Positions 1-9,956 of a stretch of 64,000 nucleotides of DNA are shown here, piece by piece. The stretch covers positions 62,001-126,000 of the forward strand of contig JAVKOQ020000045.1 in the NCBI GenBank assembly GCA_031835245.2, written 5' to 3'. The stretch's first letter is position 1, and every line of letters begins with the position of its first letter. A program made the translations under genes and the position numbers. Under the pieces are notes generated by a model, which was not told where the DNA came from, made no database searches, and worked only from the letters and a program-made list of their open reading frames with translations. The stretch is from Balamuthia mandrillaris (lineage: Eukaryota).

Positions 1-1039
1 ATGCTAAAAGAAAAATAACTAAAGGAGAAATTGTGTTTAGTGAAGAAGCTTTAGTTGCAGGTCCTTTAAAACATTCTCTTATTTTATATTGTGAGAGATG
101 CTTTAATGAAATACATTCTTCTAATGGTACATATTCTTAAACAAATTATTTGCAATTTTAATTTTATTTTTTTAAATAGGAGTTTCTTGTGATATTTGCC
201 AAACTGTTTATTGCTCTGAACAATGCAAACAAATGGCTTTAAATCAAGTATGTTTAATTGTTTTGTTTTTATTTATTTTTTTGTTAATTCATTTTAACTA
301 AACTTTTTAATAGTATCACAAGGTTTTATGTTTAAGATCATCAAAAAAGCATTCACTTACACAAATGTTTGAACTTGCAAAATGTCAAAAGGATCCTGTT
401 TCTCATATTTATCTTTTGACTTTAATTATCAAACTCATTACAACTCAAGTTCAATTATTAGCAAAAACAATAACTGTTCCTACTTCTTTTGATTTAAATG
501 CTGTCAAAACTGCTTTTTTAACAGCATTTGAAGAAAGAAATGGAAAACATATCAATTACTTTCCAGAATGTGACAAGTTTTATGCATTTACTTGTATTAA
601 TATGAAAACGATTTTAGAAGAACAAAGTGATATGCTTGAATTTTATAGTAATAAGTTAAAAGAGATGATTATGATTCAAGCAAGGCACTTTGAGGAATCA
701 CAACAATTTAGTGATGCTTTTACTCTATTACAAAGTGCAAAAAAATTGTATTACCTCTTTCAACAAGAAAGTTTAAAGCAAATGAGTATTCAAATTGCTT
801 TAAATGGATTACAATGCCTTCCTAATGTTGGTGGCCTTTATTTTATTCATTCTTTAGTTAATCACTCTGATGAACCTAATTGTGTGATTTCTCATCAATT
901 AGAACATCAACAAAACTTTTGTATTTATGTTAGAGCTACAAAAGATATTCAATTAGGAGAAGAAATAAGTTTAGATTATTTTTATAATTGTAATGATGAT
1001 AAACTTCGTCAACAAAATAAGAAAAAATATTTTATTTAA
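1..1039 (+). CDS. SMYD-type SET/MYND lysine methyltransferase, 5'-partial (exons ~1-126, 180-247, 314-1039)
   Basis: Spliced translation gives pre-SET AKRKITKGEIVFSEE, a MYND finger CERC...CDIC..YCSEQC...YHKVLC, and SET motifs LVNHSDEPN and GEEISLDY. GT-AG introns 127-179 and 248-313 keep the frame into ORF 365-1039. Confidence 0.85.
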
Positions 1040-1057
1040 TAAAAATTTCTTTTAAAT

Positions 1058-1433
1058 TATTGTGATAAGGCTGGTAGGGGAACAACTTAATGGACACTAA
1101 CTTGATGGGTGTAGGGAAAAGACCTTTAATAAAATGAAGGAAAGAGATATATATACAAGGAGAGATGGGGATAGGTATTATGAGAGAGTGTATTATTAAA
1201 AGATAGTTTGTAAAAATACTTTCATTTCTAATAATGAACATATTGTTTTCATTTTTAATGGTTCTTTGTTTTGTTTTTTTTTTAATTCTTTTCCTTTCTG
1301 AAGTATTGTGATAAGGCTGATAGAAAAGCAACTTAACAGATACTAACTTGATGGGTGTAGAAAAGACCTTTAATAGAATGAAAGAAAGAGAGATATATAC
1401 AAGGAGAGATAGGGATAGGTATTATGAGAGAGT
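1058..1433. repeat. Imperfect ~130-bp direct repeat (1058-1189 and 1304-1433)
   Basis: Both copies run TATTGTGATAAGGCTG...CTAACTTGATGGGTGTAG...GGATAGGTATTATGAGAGAGT. Confidence 0.9.
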
Positions 1434-2167
1434 AGTATAACAGTATTTTTTCTTTTTTTTGAACTTCAATCATTAGTAATTTGTTAAAAGTACTTTTTCT
1501 TTTTTTTGTATTACCTAGCACTTTAAAGTTTTTCCAAAATACTTTTTTTCTTACTTGTTTTATGTGAGAAAATACTGATAAACCCAAAAGTTGATTGTGC
1601 ACTGTAAAAAGTTGTATTAAATACTTTGATAGTTATTAGTATTGGTGTAGTTTTAAATGTAATAATTGAAGTTATAACATATTTTTACTGAGCTTTACCT
1701 TTGTAATTTATGAATGTGTTTCTTTTCAATTTAGCAACTAATAATTTGATAATAACATTGCAAAAGTGTATGAAAGAAACATTATTACTATTTAATTGCT
1801 TTTCTTTTTCTAATAATAATATACTGAAGTAATATTATAAAACACTATGAATAAATAGCAGGTTACTGTGTTACTAGAATAGGGCAGTTCTTAGAGTCTG
1901 AATGAATGAGGTTGCTGTCCTCTGGATTTCATAAGGATGTGCTGGTAATTGCTGATAGGGACCATTACTCAACTGAAGAAAGGATAGTGTGTTATTAATG
2001 TGCAAAATGAAAATATACAGCCTGATAAGTGACAACGTTGAGCCAGAGGTTGTTTGCACATATTAACATGCTTCTTCCGGGCTTAAAAATAACCAGGTGG
2101 CTGGAGGTACAGTTCCGAGGAAAAGTAGGACAGAGTTGCCAACATTCCCTGTTGCTCCAAAAAAATG

Positions 2168-2175
2168 TGTCGACA
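2168..2175. promoter_or_regulatory. TGTCGACA palindrome upstream of SDR gene (member of recurrent motif)
   Basis: Exact palindrome ~220 bp before ATG 2392; the same motif recurs before many other genes. Confidence 0.5.
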
Positions 2176-2391
2176 AAAACCAAAGCGAACTGATTTCGAA
2201 GAAGAAAGAAACCAACAAGGAAAGGTCCTTGCATCACAACATGCTGCAACGTAACACCAAACAAGACGGCAGCAGTTACTTAGCGAGTACGTTTTTGCTC
2301 CTATTTCGTAAAACCTTCATTATTCGATACAGCAGAGAAACAACACCAACCGAACATTTTCGTTTTTGCTCGGTTGCACGACAAAACAGAA

Positions 2392-2844
2392 ATGCCAAAG
2401 CAAGGAGCTCGCCCACCCGTCATTGTAATAACAGGCGGAAGCTCGGGAATAGGCAAAGCCATAGCCATCAAATACGCTTCCTCAAGAGAGTGCAAGTACG
2501 CGTTACCTCTCTTTCTCCCTCTCTGCTCTCTCTCTTTCTGTGGCTCTTTTTTTCTCTCCTTTTCAAGCCCTCGTTCTGTTTTTTAAACATGTGAACCAAA
2601 AGGTTGGTGTTGGCAGCGCGTTCCAAAGAGCCTCTGAAAGAGGTAGCTTTGGAGTGCAGAAAGTATATCCAAGACGTTGCTGTCATTCCAACCGATGTTT
2701 CCAAAGAGCAAGACTGCAAGTATGTAGCCTTGTTCTCCTCTCCTTCTCACGTCTTCCTGCTCTTTCTTAGTCGCTTCTATCGCTGTGCAGATTTCTCATA
2801 GAAGAAACTGTTCGCCTCTTCCAACATATTGATATTCTGGTTCG

Positions 2845-2923
<79 letters not shown>

Positions 2924-3648
2924 TCTTGTCTTATTCCTTCTTTCTCAAACTCTTTTCTTGAAGGTGTTAAATGCTGGAGTGTCGATGCACATGCCTTTCG
3001 AGGAGCTAAAAGACCTCTCCATCTTTCATCGGCTGATGCAGATTAACTACTTTGGCTACGTGCAGTGCACCTTTTATGCTCTCCCCTATCTCCGACGAAG
3101 CAATCTCTCTCCTCGCATCGTTGTCGTGTCTTCTCTTTCGGGTTCGTTGCTTCTCTTTTTCTTTCTTTCCTTCCTTCCTTCCTTCCTCATCTTCTTGTTC
3201 TTGTTCTTGTTCTTCTTGTTTTTCTTCTGCGTTATTCTTCTTCTTCTTCTTCTTCTTCTTCTTTGCTTCTTCTCCAACAAAAGGTGAAACGGGAGTACCA
3301 TTACGAAGCGGGTACTGTGCTTCCAAGTTTGCAGTAAACGGTTTCTTCTCCGCATTGCGCATGGAATTGGATAAACGAGTGGGAGTGACAGTGGTCTCTC
3401 CCGGTTATGTCGAAACCAACATCCGTCAAAACTCGTTCGGCCCAAAAGAGTTTGCGCCCGACTCGAAGATGATGTCGGCGGAGCGGTGTGCTGAGCTCAT
3501 AGTGGATGCGGCGGACCAAGGCAAGACCAAGGTCGTGCTGACCATCAGCGGGAAGCTGGCGGTTGCTCTGCGACCGTTCTTCCCGGAGTTGGTAGATAGT
3601 GTCGTCAAGAAGAAAGCCTATAGCAAACAGCACAAGAGTGCCCTTTGA
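2392..3648 (+). CDS. Short-chain dehydrogenase/reductase (DHRS7/11beta-HSD-like), multi-exon
   Basis: VITGGSSGIG cofactor motif, LNAG, VVSSLSG and catalytic YCASK lie across spliced exons. Confidence 0.9.
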
Positions 3649-3774
3649 TGGAGGCGGAAGAAGCAAGAAACGAGGAAAACAAGGGAGAAGCAAGAGCTAG
3701 AGACGAAAGAAGCAAGGAAAGAGGAAGACAAGGAAGAAGACTGAAACAAGAAAGAAGGGTGTAGTAATAGGGCA

Positions 3775-5202
3775 TTACTTGCCTTTCTTAACCCTACGTG
3801 TCTTCATGTCGCTCTTGGACACCGTTCGTATGGTGAATTTGTTTTCTTCGCCTTCCCGTTGTTCGCTCTCTTCGGTTCCTTTTGCTTCTGCTTCCTCCTC
3901 TCCATCGCTTCCTTGGGAAGCGCCCGTCAGAAACTCAACTTCTGCCTTCTCTTCCTCTTTCAGCAGTCTCATTTTCTTTTGCCGTTCCTTATCTTTCTCT
4001 TCTTTGTCTTTTTCTCTCTTTCTTTTAAATCTGTAGCAATCAGTTGAGTTTTTGTGGTTATAACAAGCAAGCAAGAAGCACATACAAGAGTGAAAGAAAG
4101 CGACAAGAAAGAAAGGAAGACGTACGCTTCTGACTTTGGATTAAGTGCAGGTAACATGCACTGTGCATACTTTTCATGCAAGCTCTGTACTTGCTCAGAA
4201 TCAACCGGTGCGCTTTGCTTGCCCATAAATGCTTGTATCTTCTTCACCGTTTCCAATAGGTCCTTAAATCCTGCGTTGTTGGAAAACCGCTCGTGGATAT
4301 ATCTAACGTTTTGAAGGTGAAGAGAAGAAGAGAAGATGAGATACGAGGTAAAGAGAGATGAGAAAAGAAAACTGAAGATCGGAGAAGGAAAATTAAGTAC
4401 TTAGCAAGAGAAACTTCTTTGTCAGCAGCTGCTTGATGCAGGCAGGCGAGGGCCACTTGGGATGGGGTGTAGAGAAAAGGAACGTCGGTGGTTAGGACTC
4501 GGTGGATAAGTTCCCGTGCATGTATCCATATATCATCAATGTTGGGTGGCGTATCATCCCTCTCCTGCCACATATTCCGGAGCAGCGTTAGAAGAAGAAG
4601 AAGACGAAGAAGAGCAACAAGGAGAAAGGTGTGGGGAAAGAGATACCTTCAAGTCTAGAACGAAGCCATGCAATGGCCTATGAGGGTGATACACCACAAA
4701 TTGAAACTCTAGACCTTCCAAGAGAGGTATCTCCTGAGCAAGTATTTGCTTGGCTTCCATTTTGAGGTGAGCGGCCAGGTCTGTAGCTGGTATCACGCAC
4801 TCCTCAATCTTTCCAGCCACATAGATGCATGTTGCCCTTTTTATGGTTTTAGTGAGAACTGCACAGGATCGCAACTTGAAGAAATGACGAGACGGGAAAC
4901 ACGTACATGATGTGTTTCAGGGAATGATGTGTTATGGGATGTTTCAAGAAGTATCGTTTAAAGTAGGTGATGGCAGAGGCCATGACTTTGTCAGGAACGC
5001 CCATTTTCGCGCAGGCCTCTTGGATGGTGGTTTGGTAGTGCCGCTTCAAGAGGTCCTCTTCCTCGAGAGTCATGGCCGCCGCAGCACTATTACTATCGCC
5101 CAAGTGAGCTATTCCTCTTTCATAGGTCTCTTGTTTTTCGGTTTGTAAGGCCTCTGGCGTGAAGAACCAGTGCTGAAAGTGGGTGGAATGGGCAAAAGCC
5201 AT
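3775..5202 (-). CDS. CCNH: Cyclin H (CAK/TFIIH cyclin), multi-exon
   Basis: N-terminus MAFAHSTHFQHWFFT; cyclin box ASAITYFKRYFL, ATCIYVAGKIEE, LEFQFVVYHPHRPLHG, FLYTPSQVALACL. Confidence 0.88.
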
Positions 5203-5363
5203 CTCTCTTCTCCTCGCTTTCTTTCTTCTTGTTGTTCTTTTGAATTTGTGTAGACAAGCATTCCAAACATTCTTCACATTACCAGGAATTTAATTTCTTA
5301 GAAAATTTTAAATATCGTACCTGGAAAAAATAAGTAGATATTGAGAAAGAATGGAAGGAATGT

Positions 5364-5619
5364 GGAAACTGGAAACCCAGTTTCCTAGTATTTTCCTCTA
5401 ATTGGGAAGGTCGACAGGAAAGAGAAGCTGACGCGGCGGGGTGTTACAGGGCAAATCTGCAGACACCGCCCTTTTTCGTCAACTCCGTTGAAAAGATTCA
5501 CAGAATAGTTTTGGCGGTAACTTTCCAACAACCAGAAAACCAGAAAATGGAACTCCACGTCCCCACTTTTTCCAAAACTTTTCTACTTGCCCACGTCTAC
5601 ACTTTTGGTTTCACCACGT
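5364..5619. promoter_or_regulatory. Divergent promoter region with a 9-bp inverted repeat, a GGTCGACA site and three CCACGT boxes
   Basis: GGAAACTGG-aaac-CCAGTTTCC at 5364-5385; GGTCGACA at 5409; CCACGT at 5555, 5591 and 5614. Confidence 0.35.
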
Positions 5620-5873
5620 AGCAACATCTTTCTTTTTAATACCTCTCTCCCCATTTGACCACGCGCACGGTTTCACGAAGAGGAGGTAAAACCCAATTCA
5701 AGACGTTGAGAGTACGCAAGCCAACACGCAAAAAACCGCACCCCGTTCGGCTTTACGTCCTCTCTCCTTCCGCCACCATCACCTCACCAACCATTAGCTT
5801 GAGTAGTAGCACCGCCAAACCAGTTCTCCCCCGTCAACACCTATGTCGGACGAAGAAGCTTATCCCTACCAAA

Positions 5874-6827
5874 ATGGATCCTCACGACTTAAACGAAGCC
5901 GTGAGAAAGACTGACGTCGACGCTCCCACCCCCATGAACTTCTCTCCTTCTCCCTCTTTCGACGACCTGCTTTTCCGTGATGAGTACAGTGGGGAGCGAC
6001 CTGCTTCTCCTGTGGTCTCTGTGTACAACAACATCGAAGTCTGCTCTCCCAATGGCCAAACCAAGTTCAACCAAACTGTTGTCTTGGAGGAAAAACTGGG
6101 CAGCGGCTGCTTCTCCGATGTCTACAAAGCCACCTGGAACGGTCAACTTGTGGCCGTCAAGGTTCTCAAACAATGCGCCAACCAACAAAAAACTTTTGAA
6201 CGTGAACTAGCCGCCCTTCGCCGAACCTTGGGCTGGTCCTCTACCATCCAACTTCTCGGTTTCCGTTCTGCTCCTTGCTTTTGGATCATTACCAACTTCA
6301 TGAACCAAGGCACTCTGGCCTCACGCATCGAGCAGCAACGTGCCACCGGAAAGCCCTTCACCACGGACCAACTGCTCTCGGTGGCAGTTCCGCTGGCCAC
6401 CACTCTTCATCGCCTTCACTCCCTCAGCCCTCCACTGCTTCATAGGGATTTAACTCCTGACAATATCCTCTTTCACGACGACCAACTCTGTTTGGGCGAC
6501 TTTGGCGTGGCTGTTAGCCTCTACCACAACCCTTCTGCACAACCTGAGGGCGCTTTGGAGGCTTGCCTCTCTCCCAACGGCCATCCCGACTACCGTGCTC
6601 CTGAGGTGCTCTCTGGAAGTTACGGCCTTCCTGCCGAGGTCTACAGCTTTGCCTCCGTGCTGCACGCCATGGTCTCTGCTGGTTCTGCCTCTACCGCGGA
6701 TGTGGAAGCCCTCGCTTGCCCTTCTTGGGTCAAACGCCTCATTGGCCTGTGTTGGGCGGAACCGAAAGCGCGCCCTACTTTTGCCGACATCCTCGCCTTT
6801 CTCGATCAAGTCAAACGCGCCTGTTGA
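5874..6827 (+). CDS. Intronless TKL-like Ser/Thr protein kinase
   Basis: LGSGCFSDVY, VAVKVL, HRDLTPDN, DFG, APE and CW..PKARPTF motifs; first ATG at 5874. Confidence 0.9.
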   Translation: MDPHDLNEAVRKTDVDAPTPMNFSPSPSFDDLLFRDEYSGERPASPVVSVYNNIEVCSPNGQTKFNQTVVLEEKLGSGCFSDVYKATWNGQLVAVKVLKQCANQQKTFERELAALRRTLGWSSTIQLLGFRSAPCFWIITNFMNQGTLASRIEQQRATGKPFTTDQLLSVAVPLATTLHRLHSLSPPLLHRDLTPDNILFHDDQLCLGDFGVAVSLYHNPSAQPEGALEACLSPNGHPDYRAPEVLSGSYGLPAEVYSFASVLHAMVSAGSASTADVEALACPSWVKRLIGLCWAEPKARPTFADILAFLDQVKRAC

Positions 6828-7255
6828 TTTCCCCCGCCAAATCCCCCATACAATGTATTTTTTATTTATTTCCAAGAAAATATTTTTCGCAAATGAAAAA
6901 ACCATGGCAACCATCGCCACCTATTTCCTTTTACTGTTAAATTGGTTGCTACGCACCACATGTGGCGCCCACCCCCCCATTTGGGAAGAAAAGAAAGACA
7001 AGAAGAAGAAAAGGAGTGGTGAGGGGCAGGAGCGGGTTGGGCGGGATTGTAGCGCACGCGGTTTCTTTTTTGGGGTGCTGCTTCTTCACGGTGTAACCTT
7101 CTTACTGAAGGTAACGTGGTTCAGTTTCTTGTTATAAGTTGTTTGTGTTGGCTAAAATTTTTTGTTTTCAAAAAAAGAAGCATTCACCGGTGCAATAGCA
7201 AATCGGCTTGCACACTTTTTTTTTGGAATAATCATCATACGAAGAGGAGTAGACC

Positions 7256-9118
7256 ATGCGAAAGATCAAGGGAACAACCAAGTCCAAGGGCTCTGGTCCT
7301 GGCTCAGTAGTCAGCGGTGTCAACGAGGACGCCTCCGCCGCCGAGCTGGCTCGGTTGCAGGCCAAGGACCCAAGAACCTGGACGGTTAGCGAGGTAGGCA
7401 AATGGTTGGACTTTATCGACATGAGTCAGTACAAGATCGTCTTCATTGAGAACAGCATTTCCGGCGCTGAGCTGTTCGAGCTGGAGACGGAGGACCTGAC
7501 CTCCATCAACGTCCGGAAATTGGGTCACAGGAAGAAGATCCTGAAAAAGATTGGCCAGCTGAAGAAGAGCTCCAAAGCAGCCTTCTCTCCTCTATCGGAC
7601 AATTCGGACTCGGATGATAGCAGCGGGAAGTTGAGTGGCGGCAGCGGAGGAACTCCTCTTGGAGGAGGCTCGACCTCCACTAGCAGCACTAGCAACAACC
7701 ACAAGAGTAAGAGCAGCAGCGGTGCCCCCAGTCAAGATGAGGAGATCACCGTCAAGTGTTTTCTGGGAGAGGATGCTACCATCCTGCGGGTCAGAGCGGA
7801 CATCTCCCACGCCAAGCTGCGTCGCAAGATCCGCTCCGAGTACAAGAAAGACATGGAGTTCAAGTACAAGGACGAGGACGATGATCTCATCTCCATCACC
7901 AAGCTGTCCCACCTTCGGACAGCCATTCGCCAGTGCCAAGGCAAACCGCTACGCCTCTACCTTACCCCTCACAAGCAGGACTATACGGTCGACTTTCCTC
8001 CCTGGGACACGGAGGTGTTGGATACACTCGTGGATGGGGTGGTGGTCATCGACAAGAAGGGCATCATCCAGTTCTTCAACCAATCCGCTTGTGAGATGTT
8101 TGGCTACTCTTCAAAGGCTATCGTGGGCAAGAATGTCAAAGCCTTGATGCCTTCTAGCAGTGCCCTCAGTCACGACAGCTACATCAAGGCCTACCTGGCC
8201 ACTGGAGAGGCTAAGATTATAGGCAAAGGCCGCAAGGTGATTGCCATGCGGAAGGACCAGTCCACTTTCCCCATTTACCTCTCCATCAGTGAAATGCGTT
8301 CCTCCAACAAGAAGGACGACGTCAAGTTCGTGGGCACCATCAAGGACCTAAGCAGCACCTTCTCTGCTGACACAGGCAGCAGTGAGGGCTCTTCCTCCTC
8401 TGCATTTGCAATCCTGGATAACATCCTGGACTGTGCCATCGTCATCAACAAGGATGGTCTCATCCAGTTCTTTAACAAGAAGGCGGAGGAACTGCTGGGC
8501 TTCACTCGAACGGAAGTGCTGGGCAGGAACGTGAAATGCCTTATGCCTAGCCCCTTCCACGAACAGCACGACTCCTACCTCAAGAATTACTTCGCAACGG
8601 GAGAGGCCAAGGTTTTGGGCGTTGGCAGGGAGGTCGTGGCCCAGCGCAAGGACGGTACCATCATCCCCGTCCACCTTAGCCTCACCGAGCAGGGAGAGGG
8701 CGATGCCGTTCTCTTCAGCGGCATCCTAAGACCCATCACCCAGGCCGACCTACCCGTCGGCAAGTCTGCTCTGCAGGAACTAAGGGAAGTGCTGGACAAC
8801 CTCATCGTGCCCGCCATCGTCATTGATGACAAGGCCACCATACACGCCTTCAACCAGCCTGCCTGCCAGCTCTTTGGCTACAACCTCATCGAGGTGGTAG
8901 GCAAGAACGTGAAGATACTGATGCCTAACCCGGACAGAGATAAGCACGATGGCTTCGTCCGTGCCTATATGAGGACGGGCAAGGGCAAGGTCATTGGCGT
9001 GGGCAGAGATGTTATTGCGCTGCACAAGGACGGCAGCATGATTCCTGTGCGCTTGTCTGTCACAGAGAAGAAGGATGATAACAGAGTTCTCTTTACGGGT
9101 ATTTTACAAAAGCTGTAA
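7256..9118 (+). CDS. SAM + PB1 + three FixL-type heme-PAS domain protein (620 aa, intronless)
   Basis: SAM (WTVSEVGKWL...ISGAELFEL...KLGHRKKILKKI); PB1 (VKCFLG...FKYKDEDDDLISI); three PAS repeats LMP...HDxY/F...TG...IIG/VLG/VIGxGR. Confidence 0.9.
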   Translation: MRKIKGTTKSKGSGPGSVVSGVNEDASAAELARLQAKDPRTWTVSEVGKWLDFIDMSQYKIVFIENSISGAELFELETEDLTSINVRKLGHRKKILKKIGQLKKSSKAAFSPLSDNSDSDDSSGKLSGGSGGTPLGGGSTSTSSTSNNHKSKSSSGAPSQDEEITVKCFLGEDATILRVRADISHAKLRRKIRSEYKKDMEFKYKDEDDDLISITKLSHLRTAIRQCQGKPLRLYLTPHKQDYTVDFPPWDTEVLDTLVDGVVVIDKKGIIQFFNQSACEMFGYSSKAIVGKNVKALMPSSSALSHDSYIKAYLATGEAKIIGKGRKVIAMRKDQSTFPIYLSISEMRSSNKKDDVKFVGTIKDLSSTFSADTGSSEGSSSSAFAILDNILDCAIVINKDGLIQFFNKKAEELLGFTRTEVLGRNVKCLMPSPFHEQHDSYLKNYFATGEAKVLGVGREVVAQRKDGTIIPVHLSLTEQGEGDAVLFSGILRPITQADLPVGKSALQELREVLDNLIVPAIVIDDKATIHAFNQPACQLFGYNLIEVVGKNVKILMPNPDRDKHDGFVRAYMRTGKGKVIGVGRDVIALHKDGSMIPVRLSVTEKKDDNRVLFTGILQKL

Positions 9119-9179
9119 GCACAACGAAAGAAAGAAAGACTGTCTTTCTTCGTGCGCTTGTATCATACTTTTCCTATTG

Positions 9180-9226
<47 letters not shown>

Positions 9227-9279
9227 TCTCTCTCTCTCTCTTCTCTTTCCTCTCTGTGAAATGTAAAAATCTCGCACTG

Positions 9280-9290
9280 GGAGTCGAACC
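9280..9290 (-). promoter_or_regulatory. Solo Pol III B-box (GGTTCGACTCC), no tRNA body
   Basis: Matches the B-box consensus GGTTCGANTCC on the minus strand, 30 bp from TGTCGACG at 9320. Confidence 0.45.
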
Positions 9291-9438
9291 GGAGGCTGTT
9301 CATTTGGCTAATTAATTTTTGTCGACGGAAGCGAAAAAAAGCCAAAAGAAAAAAATACAAAAAGAAGCGCAGATAAGCTTCGTTCCTTGTATTTCTTCTT
9401 CCACTCTGTGTGAGACCTTGTTGCGTGCCAACCGAGCA

Positions 9439-9919
9439 ATGGACGCTGCAGGAGGTGGGGCCGATGGAAGAGATGCTTCCTATGGCGGGGCAGCAGAATC
9501 CTTGTTCAAAGAGCACACAGAGTATTATGATCGTTTGGAGGTAACCAAAGATGTGACGGAAGAGGAGCTGAAAAGAAAGTACCATCGGTTAGCCATCAAG
9601 TACCACCCCGATCGCAACCCTGAAGGCACAGAAACGGTATCATTCTTCTCACTTTCTCTCTCTCTCTCTCTCTCTCTTTCCATTTCTAATTTCTGTTTGT
9701 GATTTAGTTTCAAAAAATAGCGCAAGCCTATGCTGTGCTTAAGAACGCTGACTTGAGAGAGGTCTACGATGCATATGGGGAGGAAGGCGTGAGGGAATAC
9801 GAAGCAGTTAAAGACAGGTCTTTCAACGTACGGGGCGTCTTTTGGGTGGTACTCGCTTGGCTAATCATTTATCTTTTGGACTACTACTTCAACACTGCCT
9901 TTGAATGGTTTCACTCTGT

Positions 9920-9956
<37 letters not shown>

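Noticed and set aside
1058..1433. CRISPR array or LTR pair
   Set aside because: Only two ~130-bp copies 115 bp apart, with no spacers, cas genes or internal retroelement ORF.
1032..1602. Two minus-strand ORFs sharing SLIIPIPISPCIY
   Set aside because: The shared peptide simply reflects the non-coding direct repeat.
5655..5873. N-terminal 73 aa of the kinase ORF
   Set aside because: It starts at TTG (a bacterial-style call); the first ATG is 5874.
7256..9118. Bacterial contamination as the source of the PAS gene
   Set aside because: It is fused in frame to eukaryotic SAM and PB1 domains and flanked by host-type (CT)n sequence.
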